64,000 nucleotides of DNA from Dehalococcoidia bacterium (lineage in GTDB: Bacteria; Chloroflexota; Dehalococcoidia; Plut-88900), in the NCBI GenBank assembly GCA_965249275.1, contig CBDFLQ010000006.1, forward strand, positions 704,001-768,000. The letters are read 5' to 3'. Positions 9,715 to 19,959 of this stretch are shown here, piece by piece; the first letter of the stretch is position 1, and each line of letters opens with the position of its first letter. A program made the position numbers and the translations under genes. The notes below the pieces were generated by a model that made no database searches, was not told the origin of the DNA, and saw nothing but the letters and a program-made list of their open reading frames with translations.

Positions 9715-10893
9715 CTACTCCCCGCGTCTGGAGACGATGGGGAGCTTGACGTAGGGCTGGTTTTTGGAGCCGTCGATTGGGCGCCGCTCCAGGAACGCGG
9801 TCCTGCGCTCCATGCACTCTTCGGAGGCCATGTAGTCGGGTATGTGCCTCTGCACGGGCCCGACTTCCGGCAGGATGTGATCGTTGTATTCCAGGAAGGA
9901 GATCTTCTGCATCTGCAGGATTACCGGGCTGACGTTCTTGATTAGCTTGATCCACCGGTCAACCTCGGCCCACAGTCCATCGGGCTCGACCACCTTGTTG
10001 ACCAGGCCCATGTCAAAAGCTTCCTGAGCCGTGTACTGCTGGCAGACCATCCAGATCTCCCGGCCCCTCTTCTGCCCGACCCGCGCGGCCAACTCGGCAA
10101 CGGAGTGGCCCGCAGCCGGACTCCCGACCCGGGGTCCGGTTTGCCCGAACCGAGACCGCGTCGTGGCAATTGTGAAGTCCGACTGGTAGGCCAGGATGTT
10201 CCCCGACCCTATCGCGTAGCCGTCCACCGCCGCTATGACTGGCATCGGCATCTGCGGCACGACGCTGTGCAGGTCGACTTTGGCCGTACCGGAGTACATT
10301 GCGCTCTCCACGTCGGGGTCGTAGGACTGGTCGTTCCCGGTGCAGAATCCATTGGGCCCTGCGCCGGAAATGACCGTTACTCGGATCGAGCTGTCGTCGG
10401 CAGCGTCAAGCAGAGCTGTGGCAATCTCGTCCATCGTAATGCCCCGTTTGGCGTTGTAGGTATCGGGGCGGTTTATCAGCAGCCAGGCAACGCCGTCATC
10501 CTTGTGGTAGACGATGTCGTTGTAGGCGTCGGAGTTGATGATAGGGTCCCTGTAGTTGGTGAACTTCTGGTCGATCATGTCGACGGCCCCGGAGGCTACC
10601 TGTAGCAGTTCACCGGCAGAGTAGTCGCCCTGGGTAGGCCCCGTGATGGCATCGGCGCCCATCTCTGCGTTGACGCCGCCGCGGCCGTTCAACCACCGAG
10701 TGTAGCCTCGCATGAAGTCGTGGACTGCGGGACAGGCCTTGTGACTGAAATCGATCCTGTTACCCGACGCAAGATCGTCCACGGTCACGGCAAATGCTGC
10801 GTTGCCGTTGCCGCCGGACTTGAGGCTCAGGTTGAACCTTACACCAGCCGGCTTGTAGTCGTTGCTGGCCTCGAAATTGATATTAGCGGACAT
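9715..10893 (-). CDS. Crotonase-fold enzyme of the MenB/BadI type with ~125-aa N-terminal extension
   Basis: INRPDTYNA, FCTGNDQ, YAIGSG, FGQTGPRVGS, VGQKRGREIW, MGLVNKVV. Confidence 0.8.
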   Translation of the reverse strand: MSANINFEASNDYKPAGVRFNLSLKSGGNGNAAFAVTVDDLASGNRIDFSHKACPAVHDFMRGYTRWLNGRGGVNAEMGADAITGPTQGDYSAGELLQVASGAVDMIDQKFTNYRDPIINSDAYNDIVYHKDDGVAWLLINRPDTYNAKRGITMDEIATALLDAADDSSIRVTVISGAGPNGFCTGNDQSYDPDVESAMYSGTAKVDLHSVVPQMPMPVIAAVDGYAIGSGNILAYQSDFTIATTRSRFGQTGPRVGSPAAGHSVAELAARVGQKRGREIWMVCQQYTAQEAFDMGLVNKVVEPDGLWAEVDRWIKLIKNVSPVILQMQKISFLEYNDHILPEVGPVQRHIPDYMASEECMERRTAFLERRPIDGSKNQPYVKLPIVSRRGE

Positions 10894-11075
10894 ATGGGGC
10901 CACCTCCATAAGTTTGTCTAGGACTCGGGCGAAATCTTCGTGATTGCCCTGCCCGCGATAATACCACACGCACCCTTTAACTTACTCGTCAAGTGGCCCG
11001 GACAAGCCACTCCCACGATGCGACTCTTGCATGCTCCGGCCGGAGAGGAAGGAGTCCTATTCCCTTTCCCTAGAT

Positions 11076-11207
11076 GAGGCCTTTGCATAACCTGTGTTGG
11101 CGGGGGCGTGAGGCCGCTCGTGCTGAGGCTCTCGAAGTATGAGCGGGGGGTCTTAGGGCATCTGGATGCAACAACAGAAACGCGATATACAGCTACGCAA
11201 AGGCCTC
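11076..11207. mobile_element. 132-bp MITE inserted in a REP-like hairpin
   Basis: Terminal inverted repeats GAGGCCTTTGCATAAC / GCTACGCAAAGGCCTC; flanking duplication TAGAT (11071-11075, 11208-11212); removal restores CCCTTTCCCTAGATGGGATAGGG. Confidence 0.75.
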
Positions 11208-11324
11208 TAGATGGGATAGGGCTAGGGTGTTCTCCAATAATCGACCAACAAAACCATTGCTCAACAGGTCATCTCATGATGGCCCCACCAGAAAATGAAA
11301 ATCTCATCCGTGGCTGAGAACTGC

Positions 11325-12461
11325 CTACCCCACCTCTACCCCCATCAACCTCGCAGCCGTCCCACCAAGGATATCCGCGCGCTGCTCATCGGTCAGGAAG
11401 TCGCAGTGGCGGCGAAACTGGTCCAGGCACTGGTTGTAGGTGCAGAACCGGCCCACCATCGGCATGTCCGAGCCCCAGATCAGCCGGTCCGCCCCGACAC
11501 GCTCCACGCACTCATGTATCGCCGATTCAGTTTCCTTCCAAGGGTACTCCCACCGCCTCCCCACCTGTATAACGATCACTATCTGCATGTAGCAATTGGG
11601 CGACTGGAACGGCTCCCAGATCTCCTCGGGGAAGACGATCTTGTCACCTTCCATAAAGGGCATCCAGGGCAGACCGTGAGTAATCATCGTCGTCAGGTGT
11701 GGGTAACGCTCCATCCAGCGGATGAGCGCACGTTGCTCTTCCATATAGGCGTCGGTCCAGGAAGCTTGGTAAGCGCCGCCCGCCGTGCCCCCGATTAACG
11801 TGAAATAGACCGGCACGTTGCGCTCGGCCAGGGCATCCCAGAAGGGCCGCATGGGGCCGTCGTCCCAAGGCTCATCATGGCCAACCTCTACTCCCCCGGC
11901 AGGGGCGTAGTAGTAGCCGGGGATGAACTGATATCCGACCACCCCACCCGCCGCCAGCTCCCTGTCCAGGGCCTTGATCGCAGCGTCCGGATCGTTGGGT
12001 ATCGAGGCTTCTCTGAGGTAAACGGTGCGACGGAACCGGTCCGGGAACCGGGTGGTGGCATCCCGCAGGTAGGCGTTGAGGTGGGTAGGGTGACCCATGG
12101 TGGGATAGGTGTGCAGGACGCCCAGGTCTATGCCCGCGTAGTCCATCTCGGCCAGCATCACCTCCGGGGTGCATTCAAGGTTGTGTAGCATTGGCGGGGT
12201 GTGCTGCTTGGCGTAGACCTCGCCCTCGTATTCCCAGGCGATGTTGCCGTTGTGCCGGGTCCAACGGATGTCTCTAAGCTCTCCCGTCTCCGGGTCGACG
12301 AGAACCGAGTTGTCAAAAACCTTCCGGTCTCTGACCCGCCACACGGGCTGGTAGTGTCCCCCGTATTCTGACTGCAGCATCCGCATCTTCTCGTCCAGGG
12401 TGTCATAGCCCTGAGGAAGGTCCATTTGGGGAAAGCAATAGTTGTGGCCGTCTATGATCAT
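11325..12461 (-). CDS. Amidohydrolase_2 family protein
   Basis: MIIDGHNY, EMDYAGID, LIWGSDMP, ILGGTAARL. Confidence 0.85.
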   Translation of the reverse strand: MIIDGHNYCFPQMDLPQGYDTLDEKMRMLQSEYGGHYQPVWRVRDRKVFDNSVLVDPETGELRDIRWTRHNGNIAWEYEGEVYAKQHTPPMLHNLECTPEVMLAEMDYAGIDLGVLHTYPTMGHPTHLNAYLRDATTRFPDRFRRTVYLREASIPNDPDAAIKALDRELAAGGVVGYQFIPGYYYAPAGGVEVGHDEPWDDGPMRPFWDALAERNVPVYFTLIGGTAGGAYQASWTDAYMEEQRALIRWMERYPHLTTMITHGLPWMPFMEGDKIVFPEEIWEPFQSPNCYMQIVIVIQVGRRWEYPWKETESAIHECVERVGADRLIWGSDMPMVGRFCTYNQCLDQFRRHCDFLTDEQRADILGGTAARLMGVEVG

Positions 12462-12534
12462 GGTCGCCTCCGGTGTTGGAGCTTCTATAATCGAGTGTTA
12501 GTGCACTAACCAAGAAGGAGCTTCAGAATAAGTG

Positions 12535-13602
12535 TCAAGCGGGCACTCCCGGCAGCGTGTCCCGAATCCCCAGCCGGTCTATGGTCGCACGCACGCGGGC
12601 CCAGGTGGCGTCCTCCACCTCCACGCCGTTAGCCTGCCGTTCTCTTCGGGTCCGTGCCTCGATCTCCCCAGGGTAAAGGATTTCATCGAATCCTGACATC
12701 AGGGGCGTGTCCTTCACGTAGTCGATGGTCCAGTCAACGTTTTCGGCCAACCCCGTCGGCGATCTCAGTTTGCTTATGTCAATCACAATTATCGTCGAGT
12801 CCCCGACCGACTGCCCCGAGCCCTCAAAAGAAATGGGCGAGTCCTGGCCGAGCATCCTCCCCAGCAGAAACACGAACATGCTCAGGGCGAACCCCTTGTG
12901 TCCCATGCTCAGCCCGCCCAAAGGCAGAACGGTGCCTCCGTCGAAGTAGTCTTGAGGGTTGCTGCTGGGTTGACCCTCTGAGTCCAGTAGCCATTCCCCC
13001 GGCAGTGATTTTGAGCGAGCCTGGTACACCCGCACCTTGCCTACCGCCGTAGCCGAGGTGGCGAAGTCCAACAAAATGATGCGGCCTTCGGTGTGCGGGA
13101 ACGCCATCGACATTGGGTTGGTCCCCAATCGACCCTTGATACCGCCGAAGGGCGCCACTCCGAAGTCATTGTCCAGCTGGTTCCCGCCGAACATGATTGC
13201 GGCCATACCCTCTTTCGCCGCCATCTCCGGGTACGTGCCAAAGCGCCCCGAGTGCGCGATATTGCACATAGTAACCATCCCGATTCCGTATTCCCTCGCC
13301 AGCCGTATCGCCGTCTCAGTGGCGAACTTCGCCCCAACCTGCCCGAATACCCCATGACCATCTACCTTTGCTACAGCCTTCTCTTCATAGGCAATAGTTG
13401 GTCTAGCCTTGGGGTCTACGCGACCTTCCTCTATTCGCTGCACGTAGTCGGGAATGCGGAGCAGGCCGTGAGAGTCATGTCCTGTGAGATTGGCGTCGGC
13501 CAGGTGAACGGCTACAGTATCGGCGTTCTCCTCCGCGGCCCCCGCCGCGAGAAGTATCTCGTAGACTACGTCCCTTAGTTGCTGACCTGTGAGTATTGGC
13601 AT
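12535..13602 (-). CDS. Ldh_2 family (malate/L-lactate/sulfolactate-type) oxidoreductase
   Basis: GHDSHGLLR, HSGRFG, GTNP, LDFATS, HKGFAL, ILYPGE; ATG 13602 preferred as start. Confidence 0.88.
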   Translation of the reverse strand: MPILTGQQLRDVVYEILLAAGAAEENADTVAVHLADANLTGHDSHGLLRIPDYVQRIEEGRVDPKARPTIAYEEKAVAKVDGHGVFGQVGAKFATETAIRLAREYGIGMVTMCNIAHSGRFGTYPEMAAKEGMAAIMFGGNQLDNDFGVAPFGGIKGRLGTNPMSMAFPHTEGRIILLDFATSATAVGKVRVYQARSKSLPGEWLLDSEGQPSSNPQDYFDGGTVLPLGGLSMGHKGFALSMFVFLLGRMLGQDSPISFEGSGQSVGDSTIIVIDISKLRSPTGLAENVDWTIDYVKDTPLMSGFDEILYPGEIEARTRRERQANGVEVEDATWARVRATIDRLGIRDTLPGVPA

Positions 13603-13758
13603 CGGTTGTGCTCCCGTTTTCTCGGGTCTTGATGGCCGGTATTGTACACGGCATCCGCCCCTTGCCGGCAAAAATTAAGTAGAATGCCGTTGGCATTTAA
13701 CCGTCGCCCGGATTTCTTACAATCGAAGTCGTCAAGACACTACGTCAGGAGGCAACAA

Positions 13759-14367
13759 GTGACTACCGAGGAAAAGTTGACCATGTCTTTGGGAGAGGCG
13801 ATGTTCTCCCAGAGGGCAATAAGGCGCTTCAAACCCGACCCCATCCCCGATGAAGACCTGCACGCCGCCCTTGAAGCCGCCACCAAGGCCCCGAGCGGGT
13901 CCAACCTGCAGCCCTGGCGCTTCATAGTGATTCGGTACCCCGAGTTGAAGGAGAAATTCGGAAAGCTCTATCACGAGGCCTGGTGGGCCAAGCGCCGGGA
14001 CCAGGGCATCTTCCCCAAAGACATTCCGGCGGGCAAGGGCACCATTCAGTCAGCCAGGCAATTGGCCGACGAAATAGGCCAGGCCCCCGTCATCGTGCTC
14101 GTTTGCGCCACTTCCCAAGGTGCCGGTTCAATGGCCTCCGTAATCCCTGCAGCACAGAACCTGCTCCTCGCCGCCCGTGGCCAGGGCATCGGGGGCGTCC
14201 TCACAACCCTCCACCCGGATGTCGACGAGCGCGTACAGCAGTTGCTCAACATGCCCGCTGAGGCCCAGGTCGTATACTGCATCCCCCTCGGATACCCGAG
14301 AGGCCACTTCGGCCCCACCCAACGTAAACCCCTCTCCGAAGTCGTCGCCTACGATGGCTGGAACTAA
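13759..14367 (+). CDS. Nitroreductase family protein
   Basis: RAIRRF, APSGSNLQPWRF, AQNLLLAAR, IPLGYP; GTG 13759 follows AGGAGG. Confidence 0.88.
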   Translation: MTTEEKLTMSLGEAMFSQRAIRRFKPDPIPDEDLHAALEAATKAPSGSNLQPWRFIVIRYPELKEKFGKLYHEAWWAKRRDQGIFPKDIPAGKGTIQSARQLADEIGQAPVIVLVCATSQGAGSMASVIPAAQNLLLAARGQGIGGVLTTLHPDVDERVQQLLNMPAEAQVVYCIPLGYPRGHFGPTQRKPLSEVVAYDGWN

Positions 14368-14412
14368 GAGCCGGAATTGGGAGAGGAGTCTTATCCCCTC
14401 TCCCTTGATGGG

Positions 14413-14650
14413 TGTATAGACCGGGGACATAGGTTACACATGTTCGGAGACATGGGTTACACCATAAGGCATGGTAAATCTGATTCAGGAGGGTTTTCCG
14501 TTCGCACTGAGCAGAGTCGAAGGGTTAACCGAACGGAATGGGAGGGGTTTCCCAGCCCAACGCCAGGAGTTATGCAAAGGCATCTCAATTGGCCGCAGGC
14601 TCGTTGATGAGAGGCGATGATGCGGAAAGTGCGCCTTTAGCGTGCGCCGA
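14413..14650. mobile_element. 238-bp composite insertion (IS481-like left end) in a REP-like hairpin
   Basis: Starts TGTATAGACCGG with repeated GACAT(A/G)GGTTACA; flanked by duplicated GATGGG (14407-14412, 14651-14656). Confidence 0.55.
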
Positions 14651-14662
14651 GATGGGAGAGGG

Positions 14663-15586
14663 CTAGGGTGAGGGTGATCCCGCCCCCGCTGCCACCATCC
14701 CCTCATCCGCCGCAACAGCGCCCTTGAGCGCAGCAATCGCCACCTCTATCTGGCTGTCGTCGGGGCGCCGAGTGGTGAGCATCTGCAGCAGCAACCCCGG
14801 ACCCAGCAGCACCTTCAGAAACCGGTTCGCCGAATATCGACCGTGAATCCTCAATACCTCGTAGGAGATACCCGCAATTACCGGCAAAAGCGCTATCCGG
14901 GACAAGATCCTTATCCACAACGGCGGATGCCCCAGGGCCAGGAACACGAGAATTGCGATCAGCACTACCAGCAATAAGAACGCCGTGCCGCATCTCGGGT
15001 GCAGGGTGGTGTACTTCCGAACGTTGTCGACGCTCAGCTCCTCGTCATGTTCCATGGCGTGGATCGACATGTGCTCGGCGCCGTGGTAGGCGAATACCCG
15101 CTGGATATCCTTCATCCTGCCAATCAGGAGGATGTATCCGAGAAACAAGCCCAGCCGCACCCCGCCTTCTATCACATTTAGCAGAGCCGCCGAGCTTATT
15201 CGGTCGTCAAGCCACTCGTTGAGAAAGACCGGCCCGACAAAGAACACCGCGATCCCAAAAGCGAGGCCTACTGCCAGGGTGACCCACAGCATCACGTCAG
15301 TCCCCGTGCCTCTCTCCTCCCCCTCCCCACCTTCGAGCTCATCTATAGCGACCTGGGCCGAGTACATCAGGGCCCGGGTCCCGATGACCATCACCTCTAA
15401 GAGTGTGATGAATCCCCGAACTAATGGGACCTTCTTGAGCGTGCCCGTAAAGAGGCTTTGTATCGGGTCGGTCTTGAGCTGAATCTCGTTGTCCGGGCGG
15501 CGCACCGCAATGGCAATGTTGCTCTTGCCCCGGATCATCACCCCTTCTATGACGGCCTGCCCGCCGTAGGGGACCCGTTTTGCCAA
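14663..15586 (-). CDS. DUF1385 family membrane protein
   Basis: YGGQAVIEGVMIRG, RVFAYHGAEH, HPRCGT, LTTRRP. Confidence 0.92.
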   Translation of the reverse strand: MAKRVPYGGQAVIEGVMIRGKSNIAIAVRRPDNEIQLKTDPIQSLFTGTLKKVPLVRGFITLLEVMVIGTRALMYSAQVAIDELEGGEGEERGTGTDVMLWVTLAVGLAFGIAVFFVGPVFLNEWLDDRISSAALLNVIEGGVRLGLFLGYILLIGRMKDIQRVFAYHGAEHMSIHAMEHDEELSVDNVRKYTTLHPRCGTAFLLLVVLIAILVFLALGHPPLWIRILSRIALLPVIAGISYEVLRIHGRYSANRFLKVLLGPGLLLQMLTTRRPDDSQIEVAIAALKGAVAADEGMVAAGAGSPSP

Positions 15587-15602
15587 CTCTTCTCCTTAAA
15601 TC

Positions 15603-15629
15603 AAAAGAGGGAGCACATAAGCTCCCTCT
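15603..15629 (-). terminator. Intrinsic terminator after rpmE
   Basis: Minus strand AGAGGGAGC-ttatgt-GCTCCCTCT followed by TTT. Confidence 0.6.
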
Positions 15630-15650
15630 AGTGGTCGGACAGGACTAAAG

Positions 15651-15854
15651 TTACTTGATCCCGTACCTTCTATTGAACTGCTCGACCCTGCCGCCGCTGT
15701 CTATAATCCGCTGCTGGCCGGTGAAGAAGGGGTGGCACTTGCTGCAAAGCTCCAGCCTGATCTCCGACTTGGTGGACCCGGTTTCGAAGATAGTGCCGCA
15801 GCTTCCGCAGGTCACGGTGCAGAGTTGGTACGTCGGGTGTAACTCAGTTTTCAT
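15651..15854 (-). CDS. rpmE: 50S ribosomal protein L31 (Zn-binding type)
   Basis: MKTELHP, CGSCG, CSKCHPFFTG, GRVEQF. Confidence 0.96.
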   Translation of the reverse strand: MKTELHPTYQLCTVTCGSCGTIFETGSTKSEIRLELCSKCHPFFTGQQRIIDSGGRVEQFNRRYGIK

Positions 15855-15856
15855 TC

Positions 15857-16120
15857 TTAAGCGTCCTGGACCGGGTTGATGCTGACTTTCTTACGGTACT
15901 TGGAATGGCGCTGAAACTCGACCTTACCGTCCTTAAGGGCGAACAGGGTGTGGTCCCTCCCGACACCCACGTTGGTCCCGGGATGGATCTTCGTTCCCCG
16001 CTGCCTCACGATGATGGAGCCCGCAGTCACGAGCTCACCACCGTACCGCTTCACCCCGAGCCTCTGGCCCTGGCTGTCCCGGCCGTTTCTGCTGCTGCCG
16101 CCGCCCTTCTTATGAGCCAT
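15857..16120 (-). CDS. rpmA: 50S ribosomal protein L27
   Basis: [29 protein letters not shown]. Confidence 0.98.
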   Translation of the reverse strand: MAHKKGGGSSRNGRDSQGQRLGVKRYGGELVTAGSIIVRQRGTKIHPGTNVGVGRDHTLFALKDGKVEFQRHSKYRKKVSINPVQDA

Positions 16121-16503
16121 TACGCTTCACTTTCGACCTTCGCAGGCTGCTTGGCAGCCCTGGATCTCGGGGCTCGGCCTGCGTTTATTCTTTCTATAGC
16201 GACTTTGGTGTGGTCCTGGCGGTGTCCCGTCTTGCGGCGGTACCTCACCTTCGACTTGTACTTGAAGACGATGACCTTTTTGTCGCGCCCTTGCCCCAGC
16301 ACCCGTGCCTTGACCTTGGCCCCGGACACCGTCGGCGCCCCGACTTTAACAGCGCCGCCCTTCGAGACGAGCAGCACTCGGTCGAACTCGACAGCGCTGC
16401 CCGGTTCAAGTGCTAGTTTGTCGAGCACGACAGTGTCGCCCACTGAGGCTCTGTACTGTCGGCTCCCCGACTGGAATATTGCGTAGTCTTTTATTTCATT
16501 CAC
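16120..16503 (-). CDS. rplU: 50S ribosomal protein L21
   Basis: [23 protein letters not shown]. Confidence 0.95.
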   Translation of the reverse strand: MNEIKDYAIFQSGSRQYRASVGDTVVLDKLALEPGSAVEFDRVLLVSKGGAVKVGAPTVSGAKVKARVLGQGRDKKVIVFKYKSKVRYRRKTGHRQDHTKVAIERINAGRAPRSRAAKQPAKVESEA

Positions 16504-16613
16504 AACCCTCGAATTTTACTTCAATGACTAATCGCCTGTCAAAGCGGGTGCTTTGCTATACTTTCCCCCGTCAAACATAAGGTACGTCCATGCCGCGGAA
16601 AGACTAGACTCTA

Positions 16614-17675
16614 TTGCCCAACCTCAGCATTCCCTCCAAGTCCGCCCTTCTTAAGATAATCTTAGTCCTTCTGTTCCTGGCCATTGGGGGAACTGCCGGA
16701 ACATTCAGTTATCTGGGATTCGTAGAACTGCACCAGCTCAATGAGTCCATCACTCAGGACCGTGAACGTCTTGCGCTGCTGGAAAGCGCCCCCACCCCTC
16801 AGCACACACCTACCCTTCAACCCGCACCCACCCCCCAACCCGTCCCCACGCCTCAGCCTACTCCTACAACCCAGCCAACTTCTACTCCCCAACCCGTCCC
16901 CACCCCCCAGCCCATTCCGACGCCTCAGCCCATCCCCACCCCTCAACCCACCTCTACTCCAATAACCTTGCCACCCACCGTCACCCCGATAAGCCTGCCC
17001 CCGTCCCTAACTCCCGTACCCACGTGGAATGATCTGTACACACAAATCAGGCGCTCCGTGGTGAAAGTGGAAACTACTGGGGGCAGCGGGACCGGTTGGG
17101 TGTATGAAGAGGGATGGCTGGTCACGGCAGCCCATGTCGTCAAGGGTTACAGGACCGTGACCGTTCACTATCAAGACTCGGAAGGTCAAGAGAAGTCCGC
17201 TATGGTAAACGTGCTGGTCAGAGACCGGCTCCATGATGTCGCAGCCATCGAGCTAAAGGACATAGACCTCCCGCCCATCCCTGGCCGGCGAGATGTGGAA
17301 GCCAAGGATGGCGGCGAGGCTGTTATGACTGTGGGCTACTCATCCGACCCGCCAATTGGATGGCCGAGCACAAGGGTTGGCATCCTGACTACCGTCTCCG
17401 AATTACCTTGGCTCGAAAACCTTAAGGCCATCGAGACCGACGCCTCATTTGACCCAGGTGATTCGGGAGGTCCAATTCTGGATCTCAACGGCAACGTCAT
17501 AGGCATAGCCCAGGCCACCGTCATAAGGTCAGGCTCACAACGGATACAGGGCAGACAATTCGCCGTGGGAATACGAGAGGTCGAAGCCGTATGGGAGCAA
17601 CTCAAGCGTAATGAGCGCCTGAACCAGGGCTCAGACTACTGGATATATCGCCGCTCTGAAGGCCCCGACGAGTAG
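16614..17675 (+). CDS. Membrane-anchored trypsin-like (S1C) serine protease with Pro/Thr/Gln-rich linker
   Basis: N-terminal TM, PTPQP repeats, catalytic triad motifs TAAHVV, HDVA, PGDSGGP. Confidence 0.85.
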   Translation: MPNLSIPSKSALLKIILVLLFLAIGGTAGTFSYLGFVELHQLNESITQDRERLALLESAPTPQHTPTLQPAPTPQPVPTPQPTPTTQPTSTPQPVPTPQPIPTPQPIPTPQPTSTPITLPPTVTPISLPPSLTPVPTWNDLYTQIRRSVVKVETTGGSGTGWVYEEGWLVTAAHVVKGYRTVTVHYQDSEGQEKSAMVNVLVRDRLHDVAAIELKDIDLPPIPGRRDVEAKDGGEAVMTVGYSSDPPIGWPSTRVGILTTVSELPWLENLKAIETDASFDPGDSGGPILDLNGNVIGIAQATVIRSGSQRIQGRQFAVGIREVEAVWEQLKRNERLNQGSDYWIYRRSEGPDE

Positions 17676-17772
17676 ATTGGCCTCCCTCCCGCAAAGTTCT
17701 ACGATCTAGCGCTGCCTCTCGTGCATATAGCTTGTAATCAAACTTACTTGTTCACTAAAGGAGTATGCAAAC

Positions 17773-18537
17773 ATGCCTAACACCCTGGCTGGAAAAGTTG
17801 TCATAGTTACCGGAGGTGGCTCGGGCATCGGGAAGTCGGCCGTCATGCTGCTGGTCCGAGAAGGCGCCAAGGTCATGATCGCCGACATCGACGAGCAAGC
17901 TGGGCAAGAGACGGCTGCGCTCATCCGAGCCCGTGGTGGAGAGTCCGGCTTCGTTCGAACGGACGTCTCTCGGGAGTCGGATGTCGAGGCGATGGTCGCC
18001 CGCACCATCGAGACTTTCGGCAGGCTGGACTGCGCCTTCAACAATGCCGGCATCCTCGAAGAGGGCAGCCCCGACGTCACCGGCTACTCGCTGGACCTCT
18101 GGAACCGGGTCATAAGTATCAACCTGACCGGCGTTTGGCTTTGCATGAAACACGAAATCCCGGAGATGCTCAAGCAAGGCGGCGGCGCGATTGTCAACAA
18201 TGCGTCGGTCGCCGGCTTCGTCGGACTCCCCGGTGCGACGGCCCTCGTAGCCAGCAAACATGGCGTCGTCGGCCTCACGAAGAATGCGGCCCTCGAATAC
18301 GCCGAGCGCGGAATCCGGGTGAACGCTGTGTGCCCGAGCTTCATCAAGACCCCGATACTCGAGCCCTATTTCGCCGCCTACCCAGAGGAAGAGATGGAGA
18401 TGGTTCGCAAAGAGCCGATCGGCAGAATGGGCGCCCCCGAGGAGGTCGCCGAGGCCGCAGTCTGGCTCCTATCAGACGCCGCATCATTCGTCACCGGCCA
18501 CTCCATGGTCGTAGACGGCGGCTACACCGCTATGTAG
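17773..18537 (+). CDS. Short-chain dehydrogenase/reductase
   Basis: TGGGSGIG, NNAG, NASVAG, LVASK (catalytic YxxxK Tyr appears replaced by Leu), VDGG. Confidence 0.9.
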   Translation: MPNTLAGKVVIVTGGGSGIGKSAVMLLVREGAKVMIADIDEQAGQETAALIRARGGESGFVRTDVSRESDVEAMVARTIETFGRLDCAFNNAGILEEGSPDVTGYSLDLWNRVISINLTGVWLCMKHEIPEMLKQGGGAIVNNASVAGFVGLPGATALVASKHGVVGLTKNAALEYAERGIRVNAVCPSFIKTPILEPYFAAYPEEEMEMVRKEPIGRMGAPEEVAEAAVWLLSDAASFVTGHSMVVDGGYTAM

Positions 18538-18599
18538 ACTGCACGGTGGATGTGATCCTTGCCCAGCCCAAATCCGTGGACTAGGGAATGGGCCAGTTC

Positions 18600-18732
18600 C
18601 CTCTCCCTCGTCGAGAGTTGTGCATTACCGTCATTCCTGCGGAGGCAGGAATCCAGGGGTAATGTGGGATAGGGTTCGATCCTCAGGGGCCGGGCCGCTC
18701 ATCCTGAGGTGACTCGAAGGGTCGAGCGGGGG
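18600..18732. repeat. Cluster of REP-like palindromes
   Basis: GTCATTCCTGCGGAGGCAGGAATCCA and CCGCTCATCCTGAG..TCGAAGGGTCGAGCGG; the latter has related copies near 11114, 25305 and 51850. Confidence 0.55.
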
Positions 18733-18792
18733 GAGGCCACGCCCTGCAAATCCGTCGCGAACAGTTAATAAAAAATCTACGGAGGCGACCCT

Positions 18793-19788
18793 ATGCTGCG
18801 TTCCAAATGGACTTCTAAAGGCATGGTCATGGAAGACATCGACCCCGGCCCCCTTGCCCCGGGCCACGTCCGAATCTCGGTGAGCGCCTGCGGCATCTGC
18901 GGCTCCGACCTCCACATCTATGGAGGCCGCAGCCCCAGGAAACATGACGTAGTCATGGGCCACGAGATCGTCGGCACGATTGTCGACGGTAGCGCCGGCC
19001 TCCACGACACCCTCTATGCCATCGAGCCCCTGAACGCCTGCATGAGCTGTAACTACTGTGCTGCAGGCGCCACTAACATCTGCCCCAACATGAAATTCAT
19101 CGGCATCGCCATACCGGGAGGTCTCGCCGAGTCCATAGACGTCCCCACCCACACCCTCCACCCCGTCCCCGACTCCCTGTCCCCGCTTCTTGCCTCTATG
19201 GTCGAGCCTATGGCTTGCTCCTACCGAGGCATTGCGCTGGGTCGGCTGAGGATCGAAAGTCGGGTGCTTGTCCTGGGCGCCGGGACCATCGGCCTCTTTG
19301 CAGGCCTCCTGGCCCGGGACCGTGCCGCCGAGGTCGCCATTACCGCCCGACACCCCCAGCAAGCCGACGCCGCCCGAAGGCTGGGGCTCACTCCCCTAGG
19401 CGAGAACGAATGGGAGGATTGGGCCAATGACCGCGGCCCCGATGTTGTCATCGAGACGGTCGGCGGAGAGGCCGACACCATCAACGATGCAATAAAAGCC
19501 GCCCAACCCGAGGCCCGCATCGTCATCGTCGGCATATTCACAGCCCCGTCTCAGGTCGACGGACTGGCCCTTGTCGTGAAAGAGGTGGACATCGTCGGAT
19601 CGAGCATGTACGGCGTCGGAGCACACGGCCGTGAATTCGCCTCCACCCTAGATTCCCTCGCCCGCTACTCCTCCGAGGTCGGCTTCATGCAGACCCACCA
19701 GTTCCCCCTAAGCTCCGTAACCGAGGCCTTCGACACCGCCCTGGACAAGTCCACGGGTGCCATAAAGGTCACCGTCTTGCCGGGGTGA
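18793..19788 (+). CDS. Zn-dependent alcohol dehydrogenase (MDR family)
   Basis: CGSDLH, GHE, CxxCxxC(7)C, GAGTIG. Confidence 0.92.
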   Translation: MLRSKWTSKGMVMEDIDPGPLAPGHVRISVSACGICGSDLHIYGGRSPRKHDVVMGHEIVGTIVDGSAGLHDTLYAIEPLNACMSCNYCAAGATNICPNMKFIGIAIPGGLAESIDVPTHTLHPVPDSLSPLLASMVEPMACSYRGIALGRLRIESRVLVLGAGTIGLFAGLLARDRAAEVAITARHPQQADAARRLGLTPLGENEWEDWANDRGPDVVIETVGGEADTINDAIKAAQPEARIVIVGIFTAPSQVDGLALVVKEVDIVGSSMYGVGAHGREFASTLDSLARYSSEVGFMQTHQFPLSSVTEAFDTALDKSTGAIKVTVLPG

Positions 19789-19959
19789 TGGGGGTTACTT
19801 GTTCGTCATTCCACCCCGCGAGCCGGAATCCATCTCACGAGATCGTAGCTATCTGGTAGGCCATCCCGCGGCGGCGAACACTCTCTACATCGCCCCGAAG
19901 ATATGTACCGTATGCTTCAGCTGTGCCTGGAGTAGTTTGATCAATGTCTCTGAAGTCAG

